This document shows positions 27,579-35,849 of a DNA stretch of 64,000 nucleotides, in pieces. Source of the DNA: an uncultured Acidobacteriota bacterium. Its GTDB lineage: Bacteria; Acidobacteriota; Polarisedimenticolia; Polarisedimenticolales; DASRJG01. The notes under the pieces were generated by a model. That model saw nothing but the letters and a program-made list of their open reading frames with translations, ran no database searches and was not told where the DNA came from. Every line of letters begins with the position of its first letter. The stretch's first letter is position 1. The DNA lies in contig CAZEII010000019.1 of the NCBI GenBank assembly GCA_964511835.1, positions 1,288 to 65,287 on the forward strand, given 5' to 3'. The position numbers and the translations under genes are program-made.

Positions 27579-29072
27579 CTATTTCTTCGCCTTCGCGATC
27601 TCTTCGTCGATGAGCTTCTTGAACGACTCGAGCGGCTGCGCCCCCGAGAGGTACCGCCCGTTGACGAACGACGAAGGAGTCCCCGTCGCCCCGACCTTCA
27701 TCGCCTCTTGCGCCTCGGCGTCAATGCTCGCCTTGTGGGCGTGCGTGTCGATGTCGTTCGTGAACTTCTTCAGGTCGAGGCCGATTTCGGAGGCGATCTG
27801 CAGGTACTTGTCGCGCGAGAGCGCCGTGCTGTTCGCGAAGAGCTTTTCGTGCATCTCGTTGAACTTGCCCTGGGCGTTGGCCGCCATCGCCGCCTCGGCG
27901 GCCTCCATCGCGTGCTGGTGGATCGACAACGGGTGCATCTTGTAGACGACCCGGACGTCGTGCGGGTAGTCCTTGAGGAGCTGCTCGATCGTCGGCGAAA
28001 CGCGCACGCAGAACGGGCATTGATAGTCGAAGTAGTGGAGGATCGTCACCTTCGCGTCCTTGGGGCCGCGCGAAGGCGCATCGCCGGCGGCGATGTCGTA
28101 CACCTTGTTGGGATCGGGGCCGGCGGGCGCCGCCGGACGGGCCGAGGCCTCGGCGACGTTCTTGCCGGTCTTGAAGTCCGGCCGGTTGTTCGCCTTCGCC
28201 CAGCCCAGTTCCTCGTCGATCATGTCCTTGAACGAGCCGTACGGTTTGGCGCCGCTCAGGTATCGGCCGTTGATGAACGACGCCGGCGTGCCCGAGGCGC
28301 CGACACCCTCCGCCTCGCCCGCGTCCTTCTGAATGGCGGCCGCGTAGGCGTTCGCGTCGATGTCCTTCGTGAACTTGTCGACGTCGAGCCCGATCTCCTT
28401 GGCCAGGGCGATGTATTTGTCGCGCGTCAGTTGCTGCTGGTTCTCGAACAGTTTCTTGTGCATCTCCATGAATTTCCCCTGCGCGGCCGCGGCCATCGCC
28501 GCCTCGGCGGCGGGCATCGCGTTCGGGTGCATCGGCAGGGGGTGCATCTTGTAGACGACGCGGACGTCGTTCGGGTAGTCCTTCAGGATCTGGTCGATCG
28601 CCGGCGCCACCTTCGAGCAGAAGGGACACTGATAGTCGAAGTAGTGCAGCAGGACGACCTTCGCGTTCTTGGGGCCGACCGCGGGAGAGTCGCCAGGCGT
28701 CAACGGGAACTGGACGAATTTGCTTGGCGGCGTCAGCACCGCCTTGACGATCTCCTCGCGGCTCTCCCCCTTCTTGACCAGGTCGATCACCTGCGCGCCG
28801 AGCCCGGGGCTTCGCGGGCACTTCTTGTCGTCCCGCCGGCACACCGCAACCTTCATCCCGCAGCCGCAGTCGCAGGAGTTGTCGTTGAGGATCGACACCG
28901 CCAGAGTCTTCTGCTCGGCGCTGAGCCCGTCCCAAACGAGGCCGGTCATCTCCTCCGCGGCGACCGGACCCGGAGCCGGGGCGGGCTTCGGAGGTGTTGG
29001 GTCCGCCGCGAGCGCGAGCGCGAAGATGAGGAGGCACACCACGAAGAGCAGGGGAAACTTGTTTGTGGTCAT
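27579..29072 (-). CDS. Secreted protein with a Cys-rich N-domain and two tandem DsbA-like thioredoxin domains
   Basis: 497-aa ORF with a signal/anchor segment, an SCDCGCGMKVAVCRRDDKKC cluster, and two highly similar units, each carrying HYFDYQCPFC...VVYKMHPL...GTP(A/S)SF(I/V)NGRYLSGA. Confidence 0.8.
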   Translation of the reverse strand: MTTNKFPLLFVVCLLIFALALAADPTPPKPAPAPGPVAAEEMTGLVWDGLSAEQKTLAVSILNDNSCDCGCGMKVAVCRRDDKKCPRSPGLGAQVIDLVKKGESREEIVKAVLTPPSKFVQFPLTPGDSPAVGPKNAKVVLLHYFDYQCPFCSKVAPAIDQILKDYPNDVRVVYKMHPLPMHPNAMPAAEAAMAAAAQGKFMEMHKKLFENQQQLTRDKYIALAKEIGLDVDKFTKDIDANAYAAAIQKDAGEAEGVGASGTPASFINGRYLSGAKPYGSFKDMIDEELGWAKANNRPDFKTGKNVAEASARPAAPAGPDPNKVYDIAAGDAPSRGPKDAKVTILHYFDYQCPFCVRVSPTIEQLLKDYPHDVRVVYKMHPLSIHQHAMEAAEAAMAANAQGKFNEMHEKLFANSTALSRDKYLQIASEIGLDLKKFTNDIDTHAHKASIDAEAQEAMKVGATGTPSSFVNGRYLSGAQPLESFKKLIDEEIAKAKK

Positions 29073-29136
29073 AGGCCGTAATGGTTACGCGCAACCGCCG
29101 CCGCACGCAACCCCCGATCGCCAGGCGGGGGCAGGC

Positions 29137-30117
29137 TCACGACGCGAGGGAAATGGCCTCGATCTCAACGAGAAGCTCGGGGCGGCAGATCTCCGCGTGA
29201 ACCCACGTGGCGGGCACCGAGCCGCCGGCAGCCGCAGCGACCGTTTGCCGGATCTCCGGAAGCTGCTCGGCGCGCCGCACGTAGACACGCAGGGATCGGA
29301 GGCGCCTGCAGAGGACTTCGCCTCGGCCGGGCGCGCCGGCGGCGTCGAGCACCGCTTCGATGTTGCGCATCGTCTCCCGAGTCTGCTCCACCGGATCTCC
29401 CGGGTTGGTGCTCTCGTGGCCGACGATGCTCGCGGTGCCGGAGACGAGGACCGCGCCGCCCCATGCCGGAGGTGCGACGGTTCCTCGGGCGAAGGACGGG
29501 CTCCTCGGACCGTAGCGCTCGGGGTAGCGATAGGCCGCGGTTTGGCGAGGGTTCTCGACGTGGTCTCCGGGCTCGCGCGACGTCAGAGCGTGCACGACGA
29601 GCGCGTGGCCGGGGCATCCGACCGCCGAGGCGGCGGAGAGCCGCTCCGCAAACGCCGCTCCGTAGACCGCCTCGAACGCCTTCGAGCGCCCCTTGCAAAA
29701 CAGCATGTAGCGGTCGAGCCCGTCCTGGGTCTCGTGGACGCGGGGGACGTAGTTCCAGACGCGCAGCAGGTGCGGATAGTCCGCGCGCTCGATCCCCTGG
29801 AATAGCCGTAGGTACAGCTCGAACGTTTGTGCCTCGAGATCGGCCCCGGCATCCGCCGATTGGACCTCGACGAAAAGGGAGCGATCGTCCGCCGCGGCTC
29901 GCCCACCAGCGACTTGATGCGGTACGACCGGTCCGGACGCGAGCCAAATCTCCCGGGAGGCCCCCGCCACGAGCGATCGATTGGGAACGTTCGCTTCGAG
30001 CCACCGCGCACCCGAGGGCGTCGAGGACGGCCCTCCGATCTGCACGGCAGCTAGAACGTTCGCCGGTCTTCTCGACGCCGTCGGAGCGGGAGTCGTCTCC
30101 TCGACGAACACGGGCAT
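29137..30117 (-). CDS. FkbO/Hyg5-family chorismatase-like (RidA/YjgF-fold) protein
   Basis: 326-aa ORF. The segments LLRVWNYVPRV...DRYMLFCKGRSKAF...RYPERYGPRSPSFARG...VSGTASIVGHES match my recollection of chorismate-transforming FkbO/Hyg5/XanB2 enzymes. This needs an HMM check. Confidence 0.6.
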   Translation of the reverse strand: MPVFVEETTPAPTASRRPANVLAAVQIGGPSSTPSGARWLEANVPNRSLVAGASREIWLASGPVVPHQVAGGRAAADDRSLFVEVQSADAGADLEAQTFELYLRLFQGIERADYPHLLRVWNYVPRVHETQDGLDRYMLFCKGRSKAFEAVYGAAFAERLSAASAVGCPGHALVVHALTSREPGDHVENPRQTAAYRYPERYGPRSPSFARGTVAPPAWGGAVLVSGTASIVGHESTNPGDPVEQTRETMRNIEAVLDAAGAPGRGEVLCRRLRSLRVYVRRAEQLPEIRQTVAAAAGGSVPATWVHAEICRPELLVEIEAISLAS

Positions 30118-30200
30118 GGGGAGAGAGTACCGGAGCGCGACTCGGAATTCGAGAGGCTCGCGTTCGGGCGACGGACCAGCTCACTGCTACCATCACGCGC

Positions 30201-30875
30201 ATGCCCGAGCGGAAAACGGCGCTGTTCGTCCCCTGTCTCACCGGGGCCGTGTTCTCCCGGGACGTCGATGCGCAGCGAAAGCTCTTGGCCCTGGCCGGAC
30301 ACCCGGTCGACGAGACGCTTCCGGCGTTTTGCTGCGGCCAGCCGGCGGCGACGGCGGGGGACGCGGAAGGTGCGAGCGAGATGAGCCGCTCCTGGGCGTC
30401 TCACGCGGCTGCTTATGAAACAGTATTCATCGCCAGCGCGACCTGTTGCGGCCACCTGAGGCACGCCGGGGCTTCGAGCGACCGCGTCCGCTACGCTCCC
30501 GACGTGTGGGTGGATGCCATACGAGTCCGGTCGGGAGCAGATAGGATCCCCGTCTATCTTCATCGGCCGTGCCATGACGTTTGGGACGACGTGCGATTCC
30601 GAGACTACGAGCGCTGGGTCGCCGAGACGGCGAACGTCGACGTGATCGCCCGGCCGTTCCGCGATCCCTGTTGCGGATTCGGCGGGGTGTTCTCGACGCT
30701 CTTCGACGAGACCGCCTCCGCGATCATGGCCCATCGAATGGGGGCGATCGAGGGCGCCGGCTGCCGCACCGTGGTCAGCGCGGAGCCCGGTTGCCTGAGC
30801 CATTTCGCCGCCCACACAGGTGCCGTCGAGGTCGTCCCTCTGGCGACGTTCCTGGTGTCGCGGGGGATCGGATGA
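30201..30875 (+). CDS. lutA: LutA-like (Fe-S) oxidoreductase, CCG-domain protein
   Basis: The start is the internal ATG 30201 of track ORF 29463..30875. It has two Cys-rich CCG motifs (PAFCCGQPA, DPCCGFGGVF). Its stop overlaps the lutB start (ATGA). Confidence 0.7.
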   Translation: MPERKTALFVPCLTGAVFSRDVDAQRKLLALAGHPVDETLPAFCCGQPAATAGDAEGASEMSRSWASHAAAYETVFIASATCCGHLRHAGASSDRVRYAPDVWVDAIRVRSGADRIPVYLHRPCHDVWDDVRFRDYERWVAETANVDVIARPFRDPCCGFGGVFSTLFDETASAIMAHRMGAIEGAGCRTVVSAEPGCLSHFAAHTGAVEVVPLATFLVSRGIG

Positions 30876-32137
30876 GCGGAACGGCGGCCCCCGACACGAG
30901 CACTCGGAAGGCGGCCGACGTCACCCTGAGCAAGCGTGAGCAGGTCGCGCGGAGGCTGCCGTGGGAGCGTCTCCGCGATCTGGCGACGGCCTCGCGTCGC
31001 GACAGCACCGAGCACCAGGACGAGCTGATCGCCACGTTCACGCGGAATGCGCAGGCTTCCGGGGTCCGCATCGTCCGCGCCGCCGACCCAGCGGATGCAT
31101 GCCGCGCGGTGATGGAAGAGCTCGGCGCCTCGCCGCAGGTCGTCATCAAGTCGAAGTCGATGGTGACCGAGGAGATCGGCCTCAGGCACCACATGGAGGC
31201 GTCGGGATTCTCCGTCTACGAAACCGACCTCGGCGAGTGGATCGTCCAAGTGCGCGGCGAGCTCCCGTCGCACGTCACCGCGCCCGCGATCCATTTGAAC
31301 GCCGCGGAGATCGCGCAGACCCTGGGCGGCGTGCTCGGCCGATCGCTTTCGTCCGACCCGACGGCGCTCGCCGGTGCCGCGACCGAGTATCTCAGACATC
31401 CCCTCAGGACCGCGCGCCTCGGGATCACCGGGGCGAATTTTCTCATCGCCGACACCGGCGAGGTCGTCATCGTCGAGAACGAAGGGAACGCCTACTTCTG
31501 CACCGCCGCTGCCAAGCACGTCGTCGTCGCCGGCATCGACAAGGTGATCCGTTCGCGGCGCGATCTCCCCGCGCTTCTGCGCGTGCTGACGGTCTCCGCC
31601 ACCGGGCAGCCGCAGACGGTCTACACCCACGTGATCGGAAGACCCGTGGTGGCCTCGGCGTCGCGCACCATCGTGCTGGTGGACAACGGGCGCAGCGCTC
31701 TCGCCCGGAGCGCGTACGCCGACGCGAGCCGGTGCATCCGCTGCGGCGCGTGCATGGTGGTCTGTCCGGTTTTCCGCCAAGTGACCGGACACGCGTACAA
31801 GACGGTCTATCCCGGACCCATCGGGATCCTGGTCGCACCCTACCTCGAGCCGGACAAGACCCCCTCGGACCATCCGTTCTTTTCCACCCTCTGCGGGGCC
31901 TGCTCCGACATCTGCCCGGTTCGCATCCCGATCAGCGCGCTCATCGGCAAGCGGCGCGAGCAGCTGTGGCGCGACGGGACGACGCCCGCGATCGTGCGTC
32001 AGGGTGTCGGCCTCTGGAAGCGGGCGCAGAAAGGCGGGGCGGTCGGGCGCGCGGTGCGGCCGCTCCTCACCTCGCTGCTGCGCCATCCGGCGCTCCGGCG
32101 TCTTGGTCAGCTCACGCGGAAGGGGCAGCGCCGATGA
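30872..32137 (+). CDS. lutB: LutB-like LUD-domain iron-sulfur protein
   Basis: Starts at ATG 30872. It has two ferredoxin-type clusters (CIRCGACMVVCPV, CGACSDICPV) after a LUD domain (GITGANFLIADTGEVVIVENEGN). Confidence 0.8.
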   Translation: MSGTAAPDTSTRKAADVTLSKREQVARRLPWERLRDLATASRRDSTEHQDELIATFTRNAQASGVRIVRAADPADACRAVMEELGASPQVVIKSKSMVTEEIGLRHHMEASGFSVYETDLGEWIVQVRGELPSHVTAPAIHLNAAEIAQTLGGVLGRSLSSDPTALAGAATEYLRHPLRTARLGITGANFLIADTGEVVIVENEGNAYFCTAAAKHVVVAGIDKVIRSRRDLPALLRVLTVSATGQPQTVYTHVIGRPVVASASRTIVLVDNGRSALARSAYADASRCIRCGACMVVCPVFRQVTGHAYKTVYPGPIGILVAPYLEPDKTPSDHPFFSTLCGACSDICPVRIPISALIGKRREQLWRDGTTPAIVRQGVGLWKRAQKGGAVGRAVRPLLTSLLRHPALRRLGQLTRKGQRR

Positions 32138-32544
32138 GCGCGGACGATCTGGTCCGACGCCTCGTCGATGCCGGGAAGGAGAGCGCGGTCGCGGTTCGCC
32201 ACGCGGAACCCGGCGAGCCTTGGCCGTCGGAGCGGATCGTGGGCGCGACGGCCGACGTGATCGCCGACGCCGTCGTCGCCGACTCGGCCGCTGTCGTTCT
32301 CTTCGGGAGCGACGAGAGAATCCGTCCGATCTTCGCCTGCGACTGTCTCATCGCCCATGCGAACCGCGACGCTCTCGTCGCCGAATTCGGAGACGCCTTG
32401 ATGCGATTCGACGGCGAAGGCCGGATGGTCAGCATCTGCGGGCCGTCGCGGACGGCCGACATCGAGAAGAAGCTGGTGATCGGCGTCCACGGGCCTCGCG
32501 AGATCACGATCGTGCTGCACGGCCTCGAGCTCTCAGCGCGATAG
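32134..32544 (+). CDS. lutC: LutC-like LUD-domain protein (short form)
   Basis: ATG 32134 overlaps the lutB stop (ATGA). It ends with ICGPSRTADIEKKLVIGVHGPREITIVL, typical of LutC, but is only 136 aa long. Confidence 0.6.
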   Translation: MSADDLVRRLVDAGKESAVAVRHAEPGEPWPSERIVGATADVIADAVVADSAAVVLFGSDERIRPIFACDCLIAHANRDALVAEFGDALMRFDGEGRMVSICGPSRTADIEKKLVIGVHGPREITIVLHGLELSAR

Positions 32545-32556
32545 TAGACTCGCATC

Positions 32557-34524
32557 GTGAAGATCGCGCCGGCGATACCTTGGAGCCTCGCCTTGGCGAT
32601 CGCGACAGCTCTGGGGCTGGCCGCTCCGGCGAAAGATGCGGCGATCTACGGCTGCCCGATGCACCCCGACACGCGCTCCACGGTACCCGGCACCTGTCCG
32701 CGATGCGGGATGGCGTTGGTCCAGATGGGGCCGCCCGGTCAGGCGCCTTACCCCGTCGCCCTGGAGACGGAGCCGCGCGACGTCAAGGCGGGGGAGACCG
32801 TCCGGCTGCGCTTCATCATCACCCATCCCGCGACCGGCGAGCGGGTGAGCGAGCTCAACGTGGTTCACGACATGCCGTTCCACCTCTTCGTCGTGAGCGA
32901 CGATCTTTCGTACTACGACCACATCCACCCGGCCGCCGACAGAGACGGCGCGTTCACGATCGACACGATGCTGCCGAAGGCGGGCGAGTACAACCTCTAC
33001 TGCGACTTCGTCCCGGTCGGCGGGCTGCCCCAGGTCGCCCATCTGCATCTGGCGACAGCGAGTTACCAGCCGCCGCTGCCCCGTCGGGCGCCTCACCTGA
33101 CCCCCGACCGGGAGCTGACCAAGACGGTCGACGGCATACGGTTCGAGCTGACGACGGAGCCGCCCCGCGTTGCGGCGGGGAACGCGGCAGCGTTCGTCTA
33201 CCACTTGGTCGACGAGAAGACGGGAGCGCCGGTCACCGATCTCGAGCCCTACCTGGGCGCCTGGGGACACACGCTGATCCTCAGCGACGACGCGGAGCGG
33301 TACGTGCACTCCCACCCGACGCAGATGGTACCCGCCGGTGCCGACCGCGCGACGATGTCGGGAGGCCCCGACGTCTCCTTCGACACGACCCTCGCGCGGC
33401 CGGGCATCCATCGCCTCTGGTCGCAATTCAAGCGGGGAGGGCGCGTGACGACCGTCTCGTTCACACTCGACGTCGCTCAGGTCGATCACGTCGCTGCCTG
33501 GAGCGGCAAGTCGTGGACGGGTTTCCCGGGAACCACCGGTTCATCCGTCGGGCCCGACGGAACGGTTCGGGCGCTGGCGGCGCGCGGCAAATGGCTCCTG
33601 GCCGGCGGCGACTTCGCGTCCGCCGGGGGGGAGACCGTCAACGGGATCGCCGCCTGGGACGGCCGCCGATGGAGTGCGCTGGGCGGGGGCGTCGACGGCA
33701 TCGTCCGGGCTATCGCGGTCAGCGGGTCGGACGTTTACGTCGGTGGGGAGTTCACGAGCGCTGGCGGTGTCGCCGCGCGGGCCGTTGCGCGCTGGGATGG
33801 GCGTGACTGGTCCCCGCTCGGCGGCGGGGTGGCGGGGAGCCGCGACGCGCTTCGGCCGGCGGCTGTCTACACGATCGTCGCTCGCGGCCGCGACGTCTAC
33901 GTCGGAGGTCGATTCCTGACGGCCTCCGGCGCCCCGGCCCATGGGGTGGCGCGCTGGGACGGCGAGCGATTCACCGCGCTCGACGGCGGTGTGGTCAACG
34001 GCGACTACGACGGCGTGGTCTGGGCGATGGCTTTCTTCAAAGACGAGTTGTACGTCGGCGGCCAGTTCCTGACCGCCGGCGACCTCGCCGCACGAAACAT
34101 CGCCCGATGGGACGGCAGGAGCTGGCGCCCCGTGGGCGGCGGCGTCACTGGCGGGCTCGAGAGGGTCGCGGGTCTCGCCGCCTCCGGCGGCCGCCTCTAC
34201 GTGGGAGGGGACTTCACGATGGCGGGAGACGTCTCGGTGAATCAGCTCGCCGCCTGGGACGGCTCGCGCTGGCAGCCTCTCCCGCTCCGCACGTCCGACA
34301 GCGTCCGCGCGATCGCGGCCGGCGGCGACGGTGTCTATGTCGCCGGGGGGTCGTTCACGCTGGCGCCCGGCGTCAAGACCACCGGGATCGTCAAGGGAGA
34401 CGGGAAATCATGGTCGCCGCTCGCCAAAGGCTTGGCAAGCGGCGGGCTGCTCTCCCCAGTGCTCGCGATCGCGCTGGCCGGGGGCATCGTCTACGTGGGT
34501 GGCGGCCCCTTCATCGTTCGCTAG
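32557..34524 (+). CDS. Secreted protein: heavy-metal-binding domain, middle Ig-like region, and 7-blade beta-propeller
   Basis: 655-aa ORF starting at GTG, with a signal peptide and an HMBD motif (YGCPMHPDTRSTVPGTCPRCGMAL). It then has seven ~50-aa repeats of the form (A/V)(A/R)WDGxxWxxLGGGV...VYVGGxF. Confidence 0.7.
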   Translation: MKIAPAIPWSLALAIATALGLAAPAKDAAIYGCPMHPDTRSTVPGTCPRCGMALVQMGPPGQAPYPVALETEPRDVKAGETVRLRFIITHPATGERVSELNVVHDMPFHLFVVSDDLSYYDHIHPAADRDGAFTIDTMLPKAGEYNLYCDFVPVGGLPQVAHLHLATASYQPPLPRRAPHLTPDRELTKTVDGIRFELTTEPPRVAAGNAAAFVYHLVDEKTGAPVTDLEPYLGAWGHTLILSDDAERYVHSHPTQMVPAGADRATMSGGPDVSFDTTLARPGIHRLWSQFKRGGRVTTVSFTLDVAQVDHVAAWSGKSWTGFPGTTGSSVGPDGTVRALAARGKWLLAGGDFASAGGETVNGIAAWDGRRWSALGGGVDGIVRAIAVSGSDVYVGGEFTSAGGVAARAVARWDGRDWSPLGGGVAGSRDALRPAAVYTIVARGRDVYVGGRFLTASGAPAHGVARWDGERFTALDGGVVNGDYDGVVWAMAFFKDELYVGGQFLTAGDLAARNIARWDGRSWRPVGGGVTGGLERVAGLAASGGRLYVGGDFTMAGDVSVNQLAAWDGSRWQPLPLRTSDSVRAIAAGGDGVYVAGGSFTLAPGVKTTGIVKGDGKSWSPLAKGLASGGLLSPVLAIALAGGIVYVGGGPFIVR

Positions 34525-35180
34525 CGGGAGAGGACGATCTTTCGCGCGTAGAACGCCTCGGCGTAGAGGCTGGGCGCCGCGCATTCCACTCCGCGCAGGC
34601 GCATCAGCGCGCGGAACGTGTCCGCGTCGAACCAGTGCTTGTCCCGCTGCGAGGCGAAGGACGCCTCGAGGATCCGGATCTTCTCCTTCCACTCCGCATC
34701 CAAGAGCGGAACGAAAAGATTGGGGCTCCCGAGGTCGCCGTCGAACTTGGGGATCTCGTACTCAAGGATCGTGTGATCCCGAAACGTGTTCCAGGTGAGG
34801 TCGGAAACGACGCGATGATCCTGGTGGCGGTCGTCTCGGTAGTGGGTGAAGATGACATCGGGCGCGGGACCTTTCTTCAGTCCTTCGAAGTGGTCCTTGA
34901 TCCGCTCCCCCTGGAACGGGAAGTAGCCGTTTCGGAATCGCTGGACGTCGACCTCGCTCCGCTTTGCGTTCTTCAAGAAGGAAGCGGCGGAGGCACGGGC
35001 TTCCTTCTCCCTCACGTCGTCCGCGGTGAACACGACCCAGCGGCACAGGACGTCGGGCCGTGACGCGAGCAGGGAGAGCAAGGCCCCGCCGCAGCCAATC
35101 TCGATGTCGTCCGAGTGGGCCCCTAGGCACAGCACGTGCAGGGGACCGTTAGGCTTCGCAGCGAGGCTCAAGGGCAGCAT
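34521..35180 (-). CDS. PIG-L/LmbE family deacetylase
   Basis: 219-aa ORF with LCLGAHSDDIEIGCGG and THYRDDRHQDH motifs. Its 3' end overlaps the convergent propeller gene by 4 nt. Confidence 0.8.
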   Translation of the reverse strand: MLPLSLAAKPNGPLHVLCLGAHSDDIEIGCGGALLSLLASRPDVLCRWVVFTADDVREKEARASAASFLKNAKRSEVDVQRFRNGYFPFQGERIKDHFEGLKKGPAPDVIFTHYRDDRHQDHRVVSDLTWNTFRDHTILEYEIPKFDGDLGSPNLFVPLLDAEWKEKIRILEASFASQRDKHWFDADTFRALMRLRGVECAAPSLYAEAFYARKIVLSR

Positions 35181-35219
35181 GGGGCTCTCCTCGTCCCTTA
35201 GGGTAAACGAGGAGGGGCG

Positions 35220-35849
35220 CTAAGGGACGTCGGGGACAACCTTGCCGTCCTTGTACGTGGTCCGGTGGATGGGGCACTGGGTGTCGGTCAGGATGGCGAC
35301 GGCGCAATAGCCGCAGCGCGCCGCCGCATCGTTCGCAATCTTGAACACGCGGAGCGCCTCGGCCGCCCGGTCGTAATCGTGCCGATTTCGGATCGCGAAC
35401 GGCCCGATCATGCCGACGCTGGATTTCGCGCACCAGCCGCTGCTCTCGGAGTTCCTCCTGCATGTCGCGCACTTGATCGAGGCCGCCGGCCGCGCCTCCG
35501 CCCGACCCATCTCGTACGTCAACAGGGAGAAGTAGGCGAGCCCGTTGACGAAACCGACCCGGTGCTCGTCGCAGAACCCCCCGGTGGCGATCGCCCGTTT
35601 GCAGGTGGGGCAAATGAACGTCGAGAGGTCGACCTGATGGCCGTGGGCGTCCGCGGCTTCGTAGAGCTGCCGGGATGCGACCTTCACGCCGCCGATGTAT
35701 CCGAAATCGTGGACCGGGCACCAGCCGTTCGTCTCTCGTGAAGTGGCGCAGATGCACACGCCACCCTCCGCCCGCGCCACCGACGACCCGTCCACGCGGA
35801 GCAGCCCGAGGGCAGCCCAGAGTGCCGCCGCGATGAGAAGCCGGTTCAG
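35220..35849 (-). CDS. Secreted Cys-rich protein with four C-x(1,2)-C-x9-C-x2-H repeats, hypothetical
   Basis: Track ORF 35220..36002 is over-extended into the upstream gene. A signal-peptide-like segment (NRLLIAAALWAALGLL...VARA|E) begins at a CTG (35849..35847) that overlaps the upstream TGA as CTGA. There is no ATG/GTG/TTG between it and 36002. The start is uncertain. Confidence 0.5.
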   Translation of the reverse strand: MNRLLIAAALWAALGLLRVDGSSVARAEGGVCICATSRETNGWCPVHDFGYIGGVKVASRQLYEAADAHGHQVDLSTFICPTCKRAIATGGFCDEHRVGFVNGLAYFSLLTYEMGRAEARPAASIKCATCRRNSESSGWCAKSSVGMIGPFAIRNRHDYDRAAEALRVFKIANDAAARCGYCAVAILTDTQCPIHRTTYKDGKVVPDVP

